Below, in pieces: positions 41,494 to 56,510 of a DNA stretch of 64,000 bases. The notes under the pieces are model-generated. The model searched no databases. It was not told the DNA's origin and saw only the letters and a program-made list of their open reading frames with translations. How positions within the stretch are numbered: position 1 is the first letter of the stretch; the number at the start of each line of letters is the position of its first letter. The stretch is from Octopus vulgaris (lineage: Eukaryota), in NCBI GenBank assembly GCA_951406725.2, contig OX597822.1, forward strand, positions 10,850,001 to 10,914,000, read 5' to 3'. Made by a program: the position numbers and the translations under genes.

Positions 41494-42241
41494 CGGGAAC
41501 AGAGAGAGAGAGAGAGAAAGAAAGAGAGAGAACGTGTATTACAAAAGTACGTGAGATATAGAAAGATAGAGAAGGATATGTGTGTGTGTGTGTACAGAAG
41601 GAAAGAGAGGGGAAGAGCAGGGAAAGAGAAAGAGGGAGAGCAGGGGAAGAGAGAGAGAGAGAGAGAGCTGGAGACAGGCTGGAAGACACTGTGACAAACA
41701 CACTAGATATAAGAAAGTGGAACGGTGAGTTAGCAATAAGATAATATCGCATTGCCATCCCAATGGCTTTTATTCATAAAGCAAAATCCAATTTATTTCT
41801 CCGACCCCACACTTCCATCTATCCAACACCACCAACACCACCAGCACCGCAACCACCACAACCGCCAACACCACCAACATCATTGCCTTCTTGTTCTTCT
41901 TCAATTTCGTTCTATTTCTTAGATGGAATCTAATCGGAAGAACTCTCAGAACGGTGGACCCGAAATTGCCTTAGGAGAAACGCGATCAAGATACTTCCCG
42001 GATACCTCGACATAAAAGATGTGTTTTAAACATTCCATTTCATTCGGCTCTTCCTTATTCATATTGTTGCTGTAATTAATGTTGTGGGTTGTTATAGTGT
42101 TGTTGTTGTTGTTGTTGTTAATGATAGTATTGGTGGTGGTAGTTGTGGTAGAGATGTAGATTTCGTTACTGTTATTGCTGTGGGTACGGATAGTACGAAT
42201 ATGGTGGTGGTGGTGGTGGTGGTCGCAGCAGCAGAGACAAC

Positions 42242-42283
<42 letters not shown>

Positions 42284-42511
42284 TGTAGTAGTTGTTGTTG
42301 TTGTTGTTGTTGTTGTTGTTGCTGCTGCTGCTGCTTTTGTTGTTGTGATCATTGTGTTGACGTCATCGTTGTTGCTATTTCTTTTGATGATCTATTAATT
42401 ACTAATATTTCTACCGTGTAATAGGAATGAGAAATCATAGGAACAGAGTTGTCACCCTGTTATATTACTGGTTCATAAAGCCAATACCAGTAAACTAATA
42501 GGATTGCTAAC

Positions 42512-42653
42512 TTGCTAACTAACCACATGGTTCCAGGTTCAGTCCCACTGCGTGGCATCTTGGGCAAGTGTCTTCTACTATAGCCTCAGGTCAACCAAAG
42601 CGTTGTCAGTGGATTTGTTAGACGGAAACTGAAAGAAGCCCGTCGTATATATG

Positions 42654-42722
<69 letters not shown>

Positions 42723-42792
42723 GTTTGTTTGTCTGTGTTTGTCCCCCCAACATCACTTAACAACCGATGCTGGTGTGTTTACGTCCCCGTAA
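42512..42792 (+). mobile_element. Partial SINE family A
   Basis: Truncated at both ends. Shares private variants with 44116-44527. Confidence 0.88.
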
Positions 42793-43004
42793 ACACACCA
42801 TCTCACCTATTTTATTAACTCCAGTCTTATACTAATGTGAGAAATCAATATTTCAATAGATTGACTTTTAGGAAGACTCCTCAGCTGAGAAAGCAGTCGT
42901 CTTTCAGATTCTCATTTCAATTACATCGTTATTTTGTTTAAATTCCTCGTTCATTTAGCTGCCATCTTGCTTTAAGTCCCTCATTTCACCTATGCCACCC
43001 ACCA

Positions 43005-43160
43005 TGTGGCGTGACTGTGTGGTAACAAGCTTGCTTCCCATCCACATGGTTCTGGGCCCAGTTCTTCTGCGTGCCTTGGGCAAGTGTGTTCTACTATAAG
43101 CTCGGGCCGACCAAAGCCTTGTGAATGGATTTGGTAGACGGAAACTGAAAGAAGCACTTC

Positions 43161-43218
<58 letters not shown>

Positions 43219-43450
43219 ATGAGTGTGCGTCATTGTGTCTGTGTTTGACCCAGACCCCTTCACCACTGGAGAACCGGTGTTGGTGTGTTTATTTCCCCAT
43301 AACTTAGCGGTTAGGCAAAAAAAGACCGATAGAATAAATACTAGACTTTAAACAACCGTAATTCCTGGGGTTGATTTGTTCAACTAAAACCCTTCAAAGC
43401 GGCGCCCCAGCGTGGCCACAATCAGATTACTGAAACAAGTAAAAGAATAA
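43005..43450 (+). mobile_element. SINE family A, diverged
   Basis: Head, (TG)n and GAAACAAGTAAAAGA tail are present. Confidence 0.85.
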
Positions 43451-44115
43451 AACCCTATGCTTTAGGATCCACATTCTCCTCACACCGCTTCCTTGTTTAG
43501 ATTCTACACTTTATTTACGCTGCTGGGGGTCATTTACACCTTCCTGAGATGCAGAGCTTTATTCCTTGTATAAAGTAAGTACTGTCTCCAGTCCCAGAAC
43601 TCATCGGGCCGGTTGCACGGTTTCCAAATCGCAACATCACCTCGGAACGGAACGTCAGTCCGTCACAGCTGAGTGAACTGGAGAAACGTCAAATGTAGTG
43701 TTTTGGACATGAACACAAACCGCTACCTGGTTCAAAAATCGAAACTACCGCCTTGTGATCGTAAGTACAACCCCCTAACTACTAGGCCACGCACCTTCAC
43801 ATTTCTTGTATAAAATTTTACATTCTGTTGTTGACACAAAATATCGATTTCATCTGCTTAAGTATAAAGTCTGCATCGGAAGAGCAGGAACTGATTATTC
43901 CTCCAGCTACGTAATTCACTTGTTAGCGTACCAATGACATATTGCTGTCCTTGAAAAGTGGCAGGCGTCATTGACTACAATATGGTAGTAACTCTGAATG
44001 ATTCCATTCTGAAGTCTTTAAAATTACACTTATATTACACTTACACTGCAATGATATCAATAACACATCTTTAAAAATATGTTTTAGTTAATTAAATGTA
44101 ATTTATTTTACAATA

Positions 44116-44527
44116 GGCGTAGGAGTGGCTGTGTGGTGAGTAGCTTGCTAACTAACCACATGGTTCCGGGTTCAATCCCACTGCGTGGCATCTTGGGCAA
44201 GTGTTTTCTACTATAGCCTCAGGTTAACCAAAGCGTTGTGAGTGGATTTGTTAGACGGAAACTGAAAGAAGCCCGTCGTATATATGTATATATATATATG
44301 TGTGTGTGTGTAGATGTTTGTTTGTCTGTGTTTGTCTCCCCAACATCACTTAACAACCGATGCTGGTGTGTTTACGTCCCCGTAAATTAGTGGTTCGGCA
44401 AAAGAGACTGATAAAATATGTACTAGGCTTACAAAGAATAAGTCCTGGGATCGATTTGCTCGACTAAAGGCGGTGCTCCAGCATGGCCACAGTCAAATGA
44501 CTGAAACAAGTAAAAGAGTAAAAGAGT
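44116..44527 (+). mobile_element. SINE family A, full length
   Basis: Complete head to AAAAGAGTAAAAGAG tail. Confidence 0.92.
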
Positions 44528-45222
44528 AATACGTTTCCTACCTCACGGTAGGAAACACAAATGAGGGCAGCAGAATCAAGCTCCTTCACTCACCAAATAC
44601 CACATATCAGATGAGGTTTCAAATACCGTAGGTGTAGCAAAGCCAAATATGGTTCCCCGGCACAAGTTGAAACTAGTTAAGGAATTTAAGGAATACGATC
44701 AAAACCTTTTTTATTGACGAATAACAATAATTAACGAAACTGTCTTCCTGTTTGTCACGTATAGAGATATATAAAATTGCATTTCCAAACATAGTTTCTA
44801 ACCCTTAAACTTATAGACGTTAGATGTTTTCTTCTTGAACCATGCCAGGCCGATGAGGGCCGGTTTCCCGGATTCAATGGCGTATAAATTCCTCACCTGG
44901 ACACAAGACACTGGTCCGTCGCAGGATTACACATTTTTGCCAGCTGAGTGAACTGGAGCAACGGGAAATGAAGTGTTTTGCTCAAGAACACAACGCGTCG
45001 CCCGGTCCATGAATCGAGATCACAATCTTACCATCATAGGTCCAACACCATAACCACAAAGCCACTAAAATATCAGAAGTGTACTTAATAACAAGAATGT
45101 GCCATATGCACACCAAAAATTCTTTCTCAAATTCCAAAACAAAATCATAAATATTCTTCGTGAATATAAACTAGTCCCAGTGAGATATTTTTCTGGGTTT
45201 TTTTACATAGCTATGCATCAAA

Positions 45223-45450
45223 TCTCTATATATAAAACTCAACTTGTGTGTCTGTGTGTGTATCTGCGTGTGTGTCTGTGTGTTTAACTTCCCGGCACAT
45301 CTCCTCCTAGCCAACAAATCGTAGAACCACCAAAAATGGGTCACTTAAAGTTTAGGCGAATGAAAATTGAACTGCGCCATTTCTGTTCCGAGATTCATCT
45401 CGCAAGTGCAAAAATCGATAATGTGTTTGTTTAGGCCTTATCCCATGCAT
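45223..45450 (+). mobile_element. Helitron-like 5' end (partial)
   Basis: TCTCTATATATAAAAC..TTGTGTGTCTG matches the 5' end of the 5475-5988 element. No clear 3' end was found. Confidence 0.55.
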
Positions 45451-46013
45451 TGAATAGTGAACTTTACTCAGTCAGCTGTTTGACGTGAACTGTGTTCACC
45501 ACGCGTGCAAGCATGCGTAAATTGTATGAAAAATAAAAAATCAAGATATAAAAACGAATCGCCGTAAACATTGTAGAAATTCGGCAAAGAAATGAATTTT
45601 CGGGATGTAGCATACGGGTGAAGAAAATCATTCAGCATACCAATATAACATCCTTTCCTGTATTTGGACTCACGTGGACCAGTTTCTGGACTGGCATTAT
45701 AGCCACACTTTAATCCGTATGCTCGCAGATGGTTCATTTTTGTAGTCATTATCAGTGTTATTTTTGCGGCGGTTTTATTAAGTGATTTGACTGTTATTTC
45801 TAGCAGGTATACATACTCGGTATGTCCTTTGATTAATAAATGAATATAAATTTAATTCTTCTGCTATTCAATGCGTTTTGGGGCCTACAATCGCCTATAT
45901 TATTAATTCTGTTATCAATTTAATTATTTTATCCTAGATAATAAGATAGTTGATGTTATCTTCGCAAATATTTCTGCTGAATTATTTACTCCGTATTGAT
46001 ACACTTTTAGTCT

Positions 46014-46061
<48 letters not shown>

Positions 46062-46064
<3 letters not shown>

Positions 46065-46390
46065 TTTTATACATGTTTCAGTCATTTGACTGCAGCCATA
46101 CTGAAGTACCGCCTTGTACTTATTCCATATGTCTGTTTGTCGAATCACGAAGTTACGGGAACGTAAACACACCAACATCGGTTGTCAAACGATTTGGGAG
46201 TGACAAACACAAACTTACGGACAAATACACAGACATACATACACTCACACATTTATACCGGGCTTCTTTCTGTTTCCGCCTACGAAATCGACTCACAAAA
46301 CTTTGGTCGGCCTTAGTCTATAGTAGCAATGGACTGAACCTGGAAGCACGTGGTTGGGAAGCAAGCCTCTTACCACACGGCCACGCTGTT
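46062..46390 (-). mobile_element. SINE family A, degenerate
   Basis: Family match with deletions. Further degenerate pieces at 49938-50130, 54790-55040 and 55832-55970. Confidence 0.8.
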
Positions 46391-46503
46391 CCTATGTGTG
46401 TGTGTGTTTGTATGTATGTGTGTGTTCGTATGCATATATATACATATGTATAAATATGCGTATGTTTATATATATATACATATATACATATATATGTGTA
46501 TAC

Positions 46504-46549
<46 letters not shown>

Positions 46550-46941
46550 AGTATATATCTGTGTGAGTGTAAGTGTGTGTGCGTGCGCCCGTGATTACCT
46601 TACCCCGCGAGATTGAATAAATTGAAATCGTGATTCAAATCGTTTCTCACAGGCCTCTGCTATTCGCGATGTATATGAGATGTGAGGGTCGACTTTCACT
46701 ATACAGAGGAAAGGGTCACACCCGAAACCATAAACCTCTCATCTGCCTTCGCACCCACTCACTCATCCTCCTACCACCGCCATCAGCTCATGAAGCATCA
46801 CTCCCAAGCCGTCCACCCCTCGGGCAACACTTAGATCACAGTGTGTGATAAGCGCGGTGAGGCTTTTCTATCTTAATTGTGCGGTTTATCATGACGTGAT
46901 TTATGAGTGAAATTTACTAATGATATATAATATATACATAA

Positions 46942-46978
<37 letters not shown>

Positions 46979-47016
46979 TGTATATATATATACATCTGTG
47001 TGTGAGTGTGTGCGTG

Positions 47017-47052
<36 letters not shown>

Positions 47053-47145
47053 AAAATACATTCCCAAGTGTGCATTCATACAGCTATGCAGACAGAAGAA
47101 TATCAACGTAGAATTATACGTTATATATTATTATCATTATTATCA

Positions 47146-47236
<91 letters not shown>

Positions 47237-47346
47237 CATATTATCATCATCATCATCATCATCATCATTATTATTAGTATTATTAGTAGTAGTAGTAGTA
47301 GTATTAGTCATCATCAGTAGTAGTAGTCAGTAGTATCATCATCATC

Positions 47347-47383
<37 letters not shown>

Positions 47384-47860
47384 ATATACCACAGAATTAT
47401 TCATGCACTGTTACACAAATATATTCAATTTATAGATTTATACATACATAAATATATACATAATACATAATACATACATACATACATACACACATACATA
47501 CATACATACATACATACATACACACATTATGTATGAATATATAATATATATATATATATATATATGAATTCCAGTATAAATTATTAATTAATTTTAGTTC
47601 ATATAATTTAAAATGAGATGGTTGGTGCACTGCATGTTACTAGATTCGTTAACTAAATGAGAGAATCGCAAAGGTTTTGTGTGAAGACGAAAATTCAGAG
47701 GCTAAGTAGCACAGTAGTCTCAGACGAAAGCTCATTGAAATGTAGTTTCAACCAACACTTTCTCGCCATGGAATTATTCGCCATCTTTGCCCGGTCTAAA
47801 CGTAGATTTAGACCTTCTCTTATACGATTTCCTCTCCACCATGATGCCTTAACTGTGGAT

Positions 47861-48217
47861 GGAAGCACTCCGTCGGTTACGACGACGAGGGTTCCGGTTG
47901 ATCCGATCAACGGAACAGCCTGCTCGTGGAATTAACGTGTAAGTGGCTGAGGACTCCACAGACACGTGTACCCTTAATGCAGTTCTCGGGGATATTCAGC
48001 GTGACACAGAGAGTGACAAGGCCGGCCCTTTGAAATACAGGTACAACAGAAACAGGAAGTAAGAGTGAGAGAAGGTTGTGGTGAAAGAGTACAGCAGGGA
48101 TCACCACCATCCCCTGCTGTAGCCTCGTGGAGCTTTAGGTGTTTTCGCTCAATAAACACTCACAACGCCCGGTCTGGGAATCGAAACCGCTGCCCTAACC
48201 ACTGGCCCATGCGCCTC
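47861..48217 (-). mobile_element. tRNA-derived SINE, family C1
   Basis: Head GAGGCGCATGGGCCAGTGGTTAGGGCAGCG..GTTTCGATTCCC shared with 56201-56510, but a different 3' half. Confidence 0.85.
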
Positions 48218-48769
48218 TGCGCCTTAACTGTACCTCACATACAAACAAACATATTCTTACTGAAGTTGCTCACTTCGTTTACATTTGTGAACACACGTAA
48301 TGCAATCTGCCCAACACTTCAATGTACACACAGAACATGGTCATATATATTTCAATACATCCCCAACACTATCAATCTTGTTTTCTTCATTTCGCTTACA
48401 TCAGTCATTATGTGGCATGCCATCATTCCACTACCAACTTCTGTCATGCTATTATCAGCATCACATTTTTTTAACGTCTCGCGACTAACTTTTCCTCTTT
48501 TGCGTTCATCGTTCTTTTCTTGACAAAGGACCACTTTCCGAAGCGTTGAAATTTTCTTTTTCTTTTTCCACACAATGTTATAGCGATTCGTAATGTTTGC
48601 TTTTCCGAGATGATTTAGATTTTCTTTTTCTTTTTCAGTTATTCTCCCGATTTCCTTTGGATACATACATAGACACACAAGTCCACGCATTCACACACAC
48701 ACATGCACACATAGATACATACAGACATGCATACATACACACTTACATACATATATATATATATGTATA

Positions 48770-49158
<389 letters not shown>

Positions 49159-49267
49159 GAAACAGGTAAATCTAACTCACAGTCAAACCTTTCACATAGA
49201 AATTTGATTCTGCAGTTGAAATGAGAAAATTGCTGACAGTTTATTTACCAATTAAGAACACTAACAA

Positions 49268-49299
<32 letters not shown>

Positions 49300-49871
49300 T
49301 ATATATATTTTAGTGTAAGGATACTCACGCATCTTTACATAAACACATGTAAATTGACCTTCTGCTGTATAATAAAACGAAATTCCGCAAAAAATAAGAC
49401 TACAGCAAAAACTACTCGCAAAGATAAAATAAGAAGAAAATGAAGAGGAAAATAATAATCACCATAAATCAATGAAATTCACATTTCTCAGACAAAAATT
49501 TGTATTCAGATATAGAAAATTGAAAGTAAATTCTAGCGCACGTAGTTTAATAATGGATTATAAATAAGTGAATTATTGAGCGATTTTGAATATCCTGGTT
49601 AATGGTTTGCGAATACGCCAGCTGGATTGAGTATGTCATGGAATAGACCGGTTAAATGTTGCTTGGACTGGATTGGTTCGTATTGGTTTGGCATGGGTGT
49701 ATCTGCGAGTGTTACCTGTCATTTAGAGTTTTCTTTAAAAAAAAATCCATCGCCATCATTATGATTATAATCATTATTATCAGCATCATCATAATCATCA
49801 TTAGATAACATCAACAACAATACTTCTTGTTACAACAGACAATTACTACTACTGCTGCTGCTGCTGCTACA

Positions 49872-49929
<58 letters not shown>

Positions 49930-50799
49930 AACTTGTATCTTTTACTCGGATCCGTCATTGGAGTGCGGACATATTGGGGCTATGTCTTGAAGGATTTTTC
50001 TTGAAGAATCGACCCCAGTACTTATTCCTGGTCTCTTTCGCCGAAATCCTAAGTTACGTGGTCATAAATGAAACAACACCAGTTGTGAAACAGTAGTGGA
50101 ATGAAAGATTACACGCAGAAAGACACACATACATACATACATACATACATACATACATACTCTCATACATACACACAAACACATACACACATATATATAT
50201 ACATATATAGAGATACAAACAAACAAATATATATATATATATAGACATATATAATTATCTAAGGAAAGCATTATCAATACATAGAGGTTTATATAACAAA
50301 CTTTAAACGTTATTTATTCACACATTACACTTTACAAATCCAGATGCCGACCATACTTAATTAATCTACAAAACTGTAAGAACAAGGCAAACAAAAAGAA
50401 GAAAAGGGATGATATAGTGAACAACTAATATAAAGTTAAAGTGACTGGAAGTCAATTTTTACATGTATCATATTTTTCAAGAACTAATCCAAGAAATGGT
50501 AAACAGAAAAGTTATCTATCTCTGTTTACGAAATGACGGAATTGGCCAAAATATTTCGCACATCCAGTTATAAACAATCATTCACGGACATATCCGCAGA
50601 AATTCTCTCCTTTGATATGCGCAACATTTATGGCACTGTCTGCTGTTCCTTCAGAACTGAAGAGTCTATTAAAACACAAGCTGGGTTTTATGAACACACA
50701 AAAAAGAAAAAAGTGGGGAGTAAAGCAGCAGAAGATGGGGAGGGAGGGGACGATGGACAATACACCCCCAGAAAAAATAGTGTGTTAAGCCGCGTCCCG

Positions 50800-51350
50800 A
50801 GGTTATGGCTGCAATGACGTTGCTGTAGAGAATTTCCAGCAACACTCGCTGCAGTGGTCACTCCACCTCGTGGGGATCATTTCTCAGATGGATCGCCATT
50901 ATCCTGATTCTGCGGAAGAAATCGGTAGTACAGGATCCAAGAAAACCTGATGTCTCGACAGCGACTGGCACAAACTGACAGTAGCTGGTCAGGCCCCTGT
51001 GTTTATTGATTTTTCTCTCCTCTGCATTACGGTCTACGATAGCTGGATTTGCAGCCAGTGCAGCAAAGTTGGAGCCGGAGAAATTGCCAGCGCACCATGC
51101 GTCCAAGACTAGGGATCTGCTTCCTTCGTATGGTAACGGGGTTATTATTTTGGGGTGCTTACTGTCTCCGCAGTCGAGACTTACTTGTTCCACTTGAGAG
51201 GAGAAGTCAGCTGCGTCGAGGACTCTTCTAATTATATCATTCAGAGCGGAGTGTCTGGTGAGTCGCTCCTCGCTAAGACTGTTGGATTGTCTGACATATC
51301 TCTGAGTATACATCTCATCCCTAGAGCACGGGTCAAAGAAATACAAGAGT
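50800..51350 (-). pseudogene. CRE-clade-like non-LTR retrotransposon, restriction-like endonuclease fragment
   Basis: RHSALNDIIRRVL, GDSKHP (decayed DGKRPD), SLVLDAWC, AEERKINKH, FVPVAVETSG, followed by LQRV. Confidence 0.85.
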
Positions 51351-51960
51351 GACGATAAGAGGTGTCGCTAATGACGTAGATTGGTGACTGGTCATCACTT
51401 TTGAATTATAGTACGAAAGATTTTCAAAGCCGAGCTAAAGAATGAAAATATGTGTTCAAGAGAAGTCAAAAATAGTTTCGTAAGACCTAATGGCATCTGC
51501 AGGTCACGACACAAAGACAAAGGGTATACAATTAAATCATGACAGAAGAAAGAAAAAGTCAGACTGAAAGATGGTGCAGATGAAAAGAGCGAGGGCAGAT
51601 AAACGGGAACAATTTCTTCAAAATGTCAATATCACTTCTTAAAAAAAATTATAACGAAGAACTAAAGATAACGAATCGAACAAAGATTTTGTGATATTCG
51701 AAAGCATGCATACAGCTAACAGCCTGGTGCCACTGACCTTCTGAAGAAGCTATAGTGACACAGAAGCAGCTACATTCATAAGGTAAACATTATGCAAAAA
51801 ATAAACTATTAAAATAAAACTACGGCATTACACCGAAAATAGAAAAGAATTGCTTACTAGGATACTTGGTTGCACCCGGACAGAATTTGAGAAATAATTA
51901 AAAAGAAACTATATCTTAATTGAATTATTGTATGTTCTATTGTCTATATAAATATATACT

Positions 51961-52340
51961 TTTATTCTTTTATTTGTTTCAGTCATTTGACTGCGGCTAT
52001 GCTGGAGCACCGCCTTAAGTCGAACAATTCGACCCCAGGACTTATTCTTTGTAAGCCTAGTACTTATTCCATCGGTCTCTTTAGACTAACCACTAAGTTA
52101 CGGGGACGTAACACACCAGCATCGGTTGTCGAGCGATGGTGGGGAACAAACACTGACACACACACATGTATATATATATATATACGATGGGCTTCTTTCA
52201 GTTTCCGTCTACCAAATCCACTCACAAGACTTTGGTCGGCTTGAGGCTATAGTAGAAGACACTTGCTCAAGGTGCTACGCAGTGGGACTGAACCCGGATC
52301 TATGTGGTTGGTAAGCAAATTACTTACCACACAGCCACTG
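51961..52340 (-). mobile_element. SINE family A
   Basis: Family match. The head abuts the MITE. Confidence 0.9.
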
Positions 52341-52346
52341 CATATA

Positions 52347-52536
52347 CAGTGTCTGCCCCCAAAAAGTAAATACACTTTAGGAAAGGAGACATCTGTATAA
52401 ATATTTTAATTCAGTGTTATCACAATTTGATAAAACACTGAAGATGTTTATATCTATAGAGGTACCTATACAAGTTAAATATTTATACAGATCTTTCGTT
52501 TTCTGAAGTTTGCATACGTTGTTTTGGCGGACTCTG
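52347..52536. mobile_element. Tc1/mariner-type MITE
   Basis: TA|CAGTGTCTGCC...ATCTGTATAAATATTT and AAATATTTATACAGAT...GGCGGACTCTG|TA form imperfect TIRs of ~60 bp with TA flanks. Confidence 0.75.
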
Positions 52537-52756
52537 TATATACGTATATACCGCTTTATTTTACCCTCATTTGTCGTTCACGACAATAAAGAGAAAAAGA
52601 GAGAAAGAAAGAGAAGTAGACAGACAGACAGAAGAATAAATGAATAAGACAATAAATGAATGAATTAATGAATGAAAAACTGAATATGAAGGAAAAACTG
52701 GAGAAACTGAACATGTGGTAGAAAGAAAGACAGACAGAAATAAAGAAAGAATGAAT

Positions 52757-53012
<256 letters not shown>

Positions 53013-53656
53013 GAATGAAAAAGGGAATAAAGAGAAACAAAGTCGGAAAGAAATACAGAATATAGGACAGAAAGAATATGATGAAAGAACGACCGAAAAA
53101 AAGGAGAGAAAGAATGAAAGAAAAATTAGAAATTGAAGGAGCAGAAAAAAGAGAGAAGGAAAAAGTGTTATAAAAAGTCAAAACAAAATGTAAAATATCA
53201 GTAAATATCAAGATATTGGGGTGGGGTGGGGAACGAAATAATCCGTTAAATAAGAAAAGAACCCAAAGATGTGGAGAACAACAACATAAGGGAAAACCAA
53301 ACAACAAAAAACTAAACAAACATACATAAAAACAAAGTGAGACATAGGAACAACAGATAAAAATGAAAGAATATATAAAGAAATAAAAAAAAAGTAAATA
53401 AATAAGGATTGAAAACTGATGTAGGAAATGAGAATAAAAGTAAGGAATTTGGACAGACATATCAAGGAAAATAATAGCAAAATGGCTGTTTCCTTTTTAC
53501 TCCCGACTATTATCGTTGCCAACGAGAATATCGTGGAAGATTGACGAGAAAATGAAAAGGCGGGAACAATGGAATACATGGAAGGGAAATAATCAGTAAA
53601 GATCATTGACAGTTGCATGCATTTGGGCCCAGAATCATCTGGCGATATATGTGCAG

Positions 53657-53795
53657 ATGTATGCATGTATGTATGTATGTATGTATGTATGTATGTATGT
53701 ATGTATGTATGTATGTATGTATGTATGTATGTATGTATGTATGTATGTATGTATGCATGTATGTATGTATGTACGTATGTACGCATGTATGTATG

Positions 53796-53827
<32 letters not shown>

Positions 53828-54025
53828 TGTATGTATGTATGCATGTATGTATGTATGTACGTATGTATGCATGTATGTATGTATATATGTATGTATGTAT
53901 GTATGTATGTACGTATGTACGTATGTATGCATGTATGTATGTATGTATGTATGTATGTATGTACGTATGTACGTACGTATGTATGTATGTATGTATGTAT
54001 GTATATATGAATGCATGTATGTACG

Positions 54026-54060
<35 letters not shown>

Positions 54061-54107
54061 GTGTGTATATATCTACGCACAAGCACATAGGGGTTTATAT
54101 GAGGTTG

Positions 54108-54163
<56 letters not shown>
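53657..54163. repeat. (TATG)n and (TA)n microsatellites
   Basis: Direct reading. Confidence 0.97.
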
Positions 54164-54171
<8 letters not shown>

Positions 54172-55087
54172 GAAGGCAAGTTGTCTGTGTGTTGTGTGAA
54201 CCACTTCTACTCCTACAATTTTCAACCGAATATCACCAAATTTGACAGGTGTGCTCTCTTTCTTATAATTTTTTCCTCGAAATTTCGCGCCACCAACATA
54301 AACAGACAACTCACAATTCGCCTGGAATTTGAACCCACCACGTCTATGCAACGGTACACGTACAATTTTCGGTGCTTCTTTAGAAACGCACCTCTCCAAG
54401 AAAATGACGCCTAATTTCTAAAAAAAAAAAAATATGAAAATGGGAAATGTATCCAAGATAGATGAAAACCCTATTTTTAAATATTTTATACTAAAAAATA
54501 AAACACGGAAAACGAGCACTAATGAATATAAGCAAACATGTCGGACGATACAAAGGGCGGTAACTTGTATCAGATATTATTAATGATACGAGGGGCCCGA
54601 CAATAACTTTTGCAAATTCTTTGATTGTTTTTAATCAGATATTTTACTGCGCACACGTAACAGCTATTCGCAAATACCTGTTCAGTGGTAGTAGGACGTG
54701 CTAGAAATACCAGCCAAATCGGTTAATGTCTACAAGTACATTGAACGTCAACCCCCACTACCACCACTTTTCTTTCCTGTATATATACATTATAGCTTGT
54801 GGCCCACCAAAGCCTTGTGAGTGGATTTCGTACACGGAAACTGAAAGAACACTGTCGTATATATGTGTAATTAGTGTGTGTGCGTGTGTATGTTTGTACT
54901 CCCACCATTGCTTTCCAACCGATGTTGATGTGTCTACATACCCATAACTTAGCGGCTCGGCAAAAGCCTCTGATAGAATAATTAGTAGGCGGTGGTCCAG
55001 CATGGCCGCAGTCACATACCTGAAAAAAGTAAAACAATAAAAACCTATGCCATGTTAATCTCGAGCAAGGCCGGGTATCTCTGTTAG
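54161..55087 (+). mobile_element. Non-autonomous Helitron with a nested degenerate SINE A
   Basis: Starts from (TA)n ATAATATTAGAAGGCAAGTTGTCTGTGTG. Ends CTCGAGCAAGGCCGGG-TATCTCTG-TTAG|T, homologous to the 3' hairpin/CTAG of 5475-5988. That both ends belong to one insertion is inferred. Confidence 0.65.
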
Positions 55088-55161
55088 TTACACATATAAT
55101 ATGGACTCTGTTTTAGAAATGATTATATAATGCCCGGATTCTCCACATGATAATATTTTAT

Positions 55162-55326
55162 AGGCGCAGGAGTGGCTGTGTGGTAAGTAGCTTGCTAACC
55201 AACCACATGGTTCCGGGTTCAGTCCACTGCGTGGCATCTTGGGCAAGTGTCTTCTGCTATAGCCCCGGGCCGACCAATGCCTTGTGAGTGGATTTGGTAG
55301 ACGGAAACTGAAAGAAGCCTGTCGTA

Positions 55327-55389
<63 letters not shown>

Positions 55390-55600
55390 TTGTGTGTCTG
55401 TGTTTGTCCCCCTAGCATTGCTTGACAACCGATGCTGGTGTATTTACGTCCCCCGTCACTTAGCGGTTCGGCAAAAGAGACCGATAGAATAAGTACTGGG
55501 CTTACAAAGAATAAGTCCCGGGGTCGATTTGCTCGACTAAAGGCGGTGCTCCAGCATGGCCGCAGTCAAATGACTGAAAACAAGTAAAAGAGTAAAAGAG
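55162..55600 (+). mobile_element. SINE family A, full length, near consensus
   Basis: Complete head, core, microsatellite and tail. Confidence 0.93.
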
Positions 55601-56200
55601 AAACGAGAGTAATGCATGCGTGCATGAATTACAAAATGTATAATCTATTATTATTCTATATATATATATGTGTATGTGTGTGCGTGTGTGTGTGTATGAA
55701 TGTATGCATGTATATGAGCGTACGGATATACATACATATGTGGTGTGTGTGTATGTGTGTCTATGTGTGTGTGTGTGTGCGTGTGTGTGTGGGGCACTCT
55801 AGCTTTTAATAGACATGTAATATTCTGTATACTCTTTTACTTGTTTCAGTCATTTGACTGCGGCCTTGCTGGAGCACCGCCTTTTAATCGAGCAAATCGA
55901 CCCCATGGTCTTATTCTTTGTAAGCCTAGTACTTATTCTATCGGTCTCGTTTGCCGGGCCGCTAGTTTACGGATAATTTGAATTAGAGAAATAGATGAAA
56001 TTAGAATACCTTACTGCTGGCCCTTAGCTTTTGATAAGTAGGGATCTTTCTTGTACGGTTCCTTTGTTCCCCTGCAGGTATGTGTCTAATTTTAATATTG
56101 AGACCTCGTGAATATCATCGAATAGCGTAACTAGAAAGAGAACGACATCCACCGTTCATTGAGGAAGGCAGAATAGCATAATCTACTTAGCATCTCTATA

Positions 56201-56510
56201 ACACGTGATCACGTGACCGACCAGGCTATCAGCTGTTGCTACAAATCGCTGGTCACAATGCGCTTCGCATTGTTTTAGCCTTCAACTGACGCCACCCCGC
56301 TGGCTAAGCGAGCAGGCCAACAGAAAAAAGAGTGAGAGAAAGTTGTGGCGAAAGAGTACAACAGGGAGCTGCCACCCCCTGCCGGAGGCTCGTGGAGCTT
56401 TAAGTGTTTTCGCTCACAACAAAAACACTCACAACGCCCGGTCTGGGAATCGAAACCGCGACCCTACGACCGCGTGTCCGCTGCCCTAACCACTGGGCCA
56501 TTGCGCCTCC
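56201..56510 (-). mobile_element. tRNA-derived SINE, family C2
   Basis: A box TGGCCCAGTGG, B box GTTTCGATTCCC. Imperfect 13-bp TSD: TAGCATCTCTATA / TAGTATCTCTGTA. Confidence 0.87.

Noticed and set aside
53208-54245. YIHT/MYVC repeat ORFs, and similar ones throughout the window
   Set aside because: Tetranucleotide and dinucleotide microsatellites.
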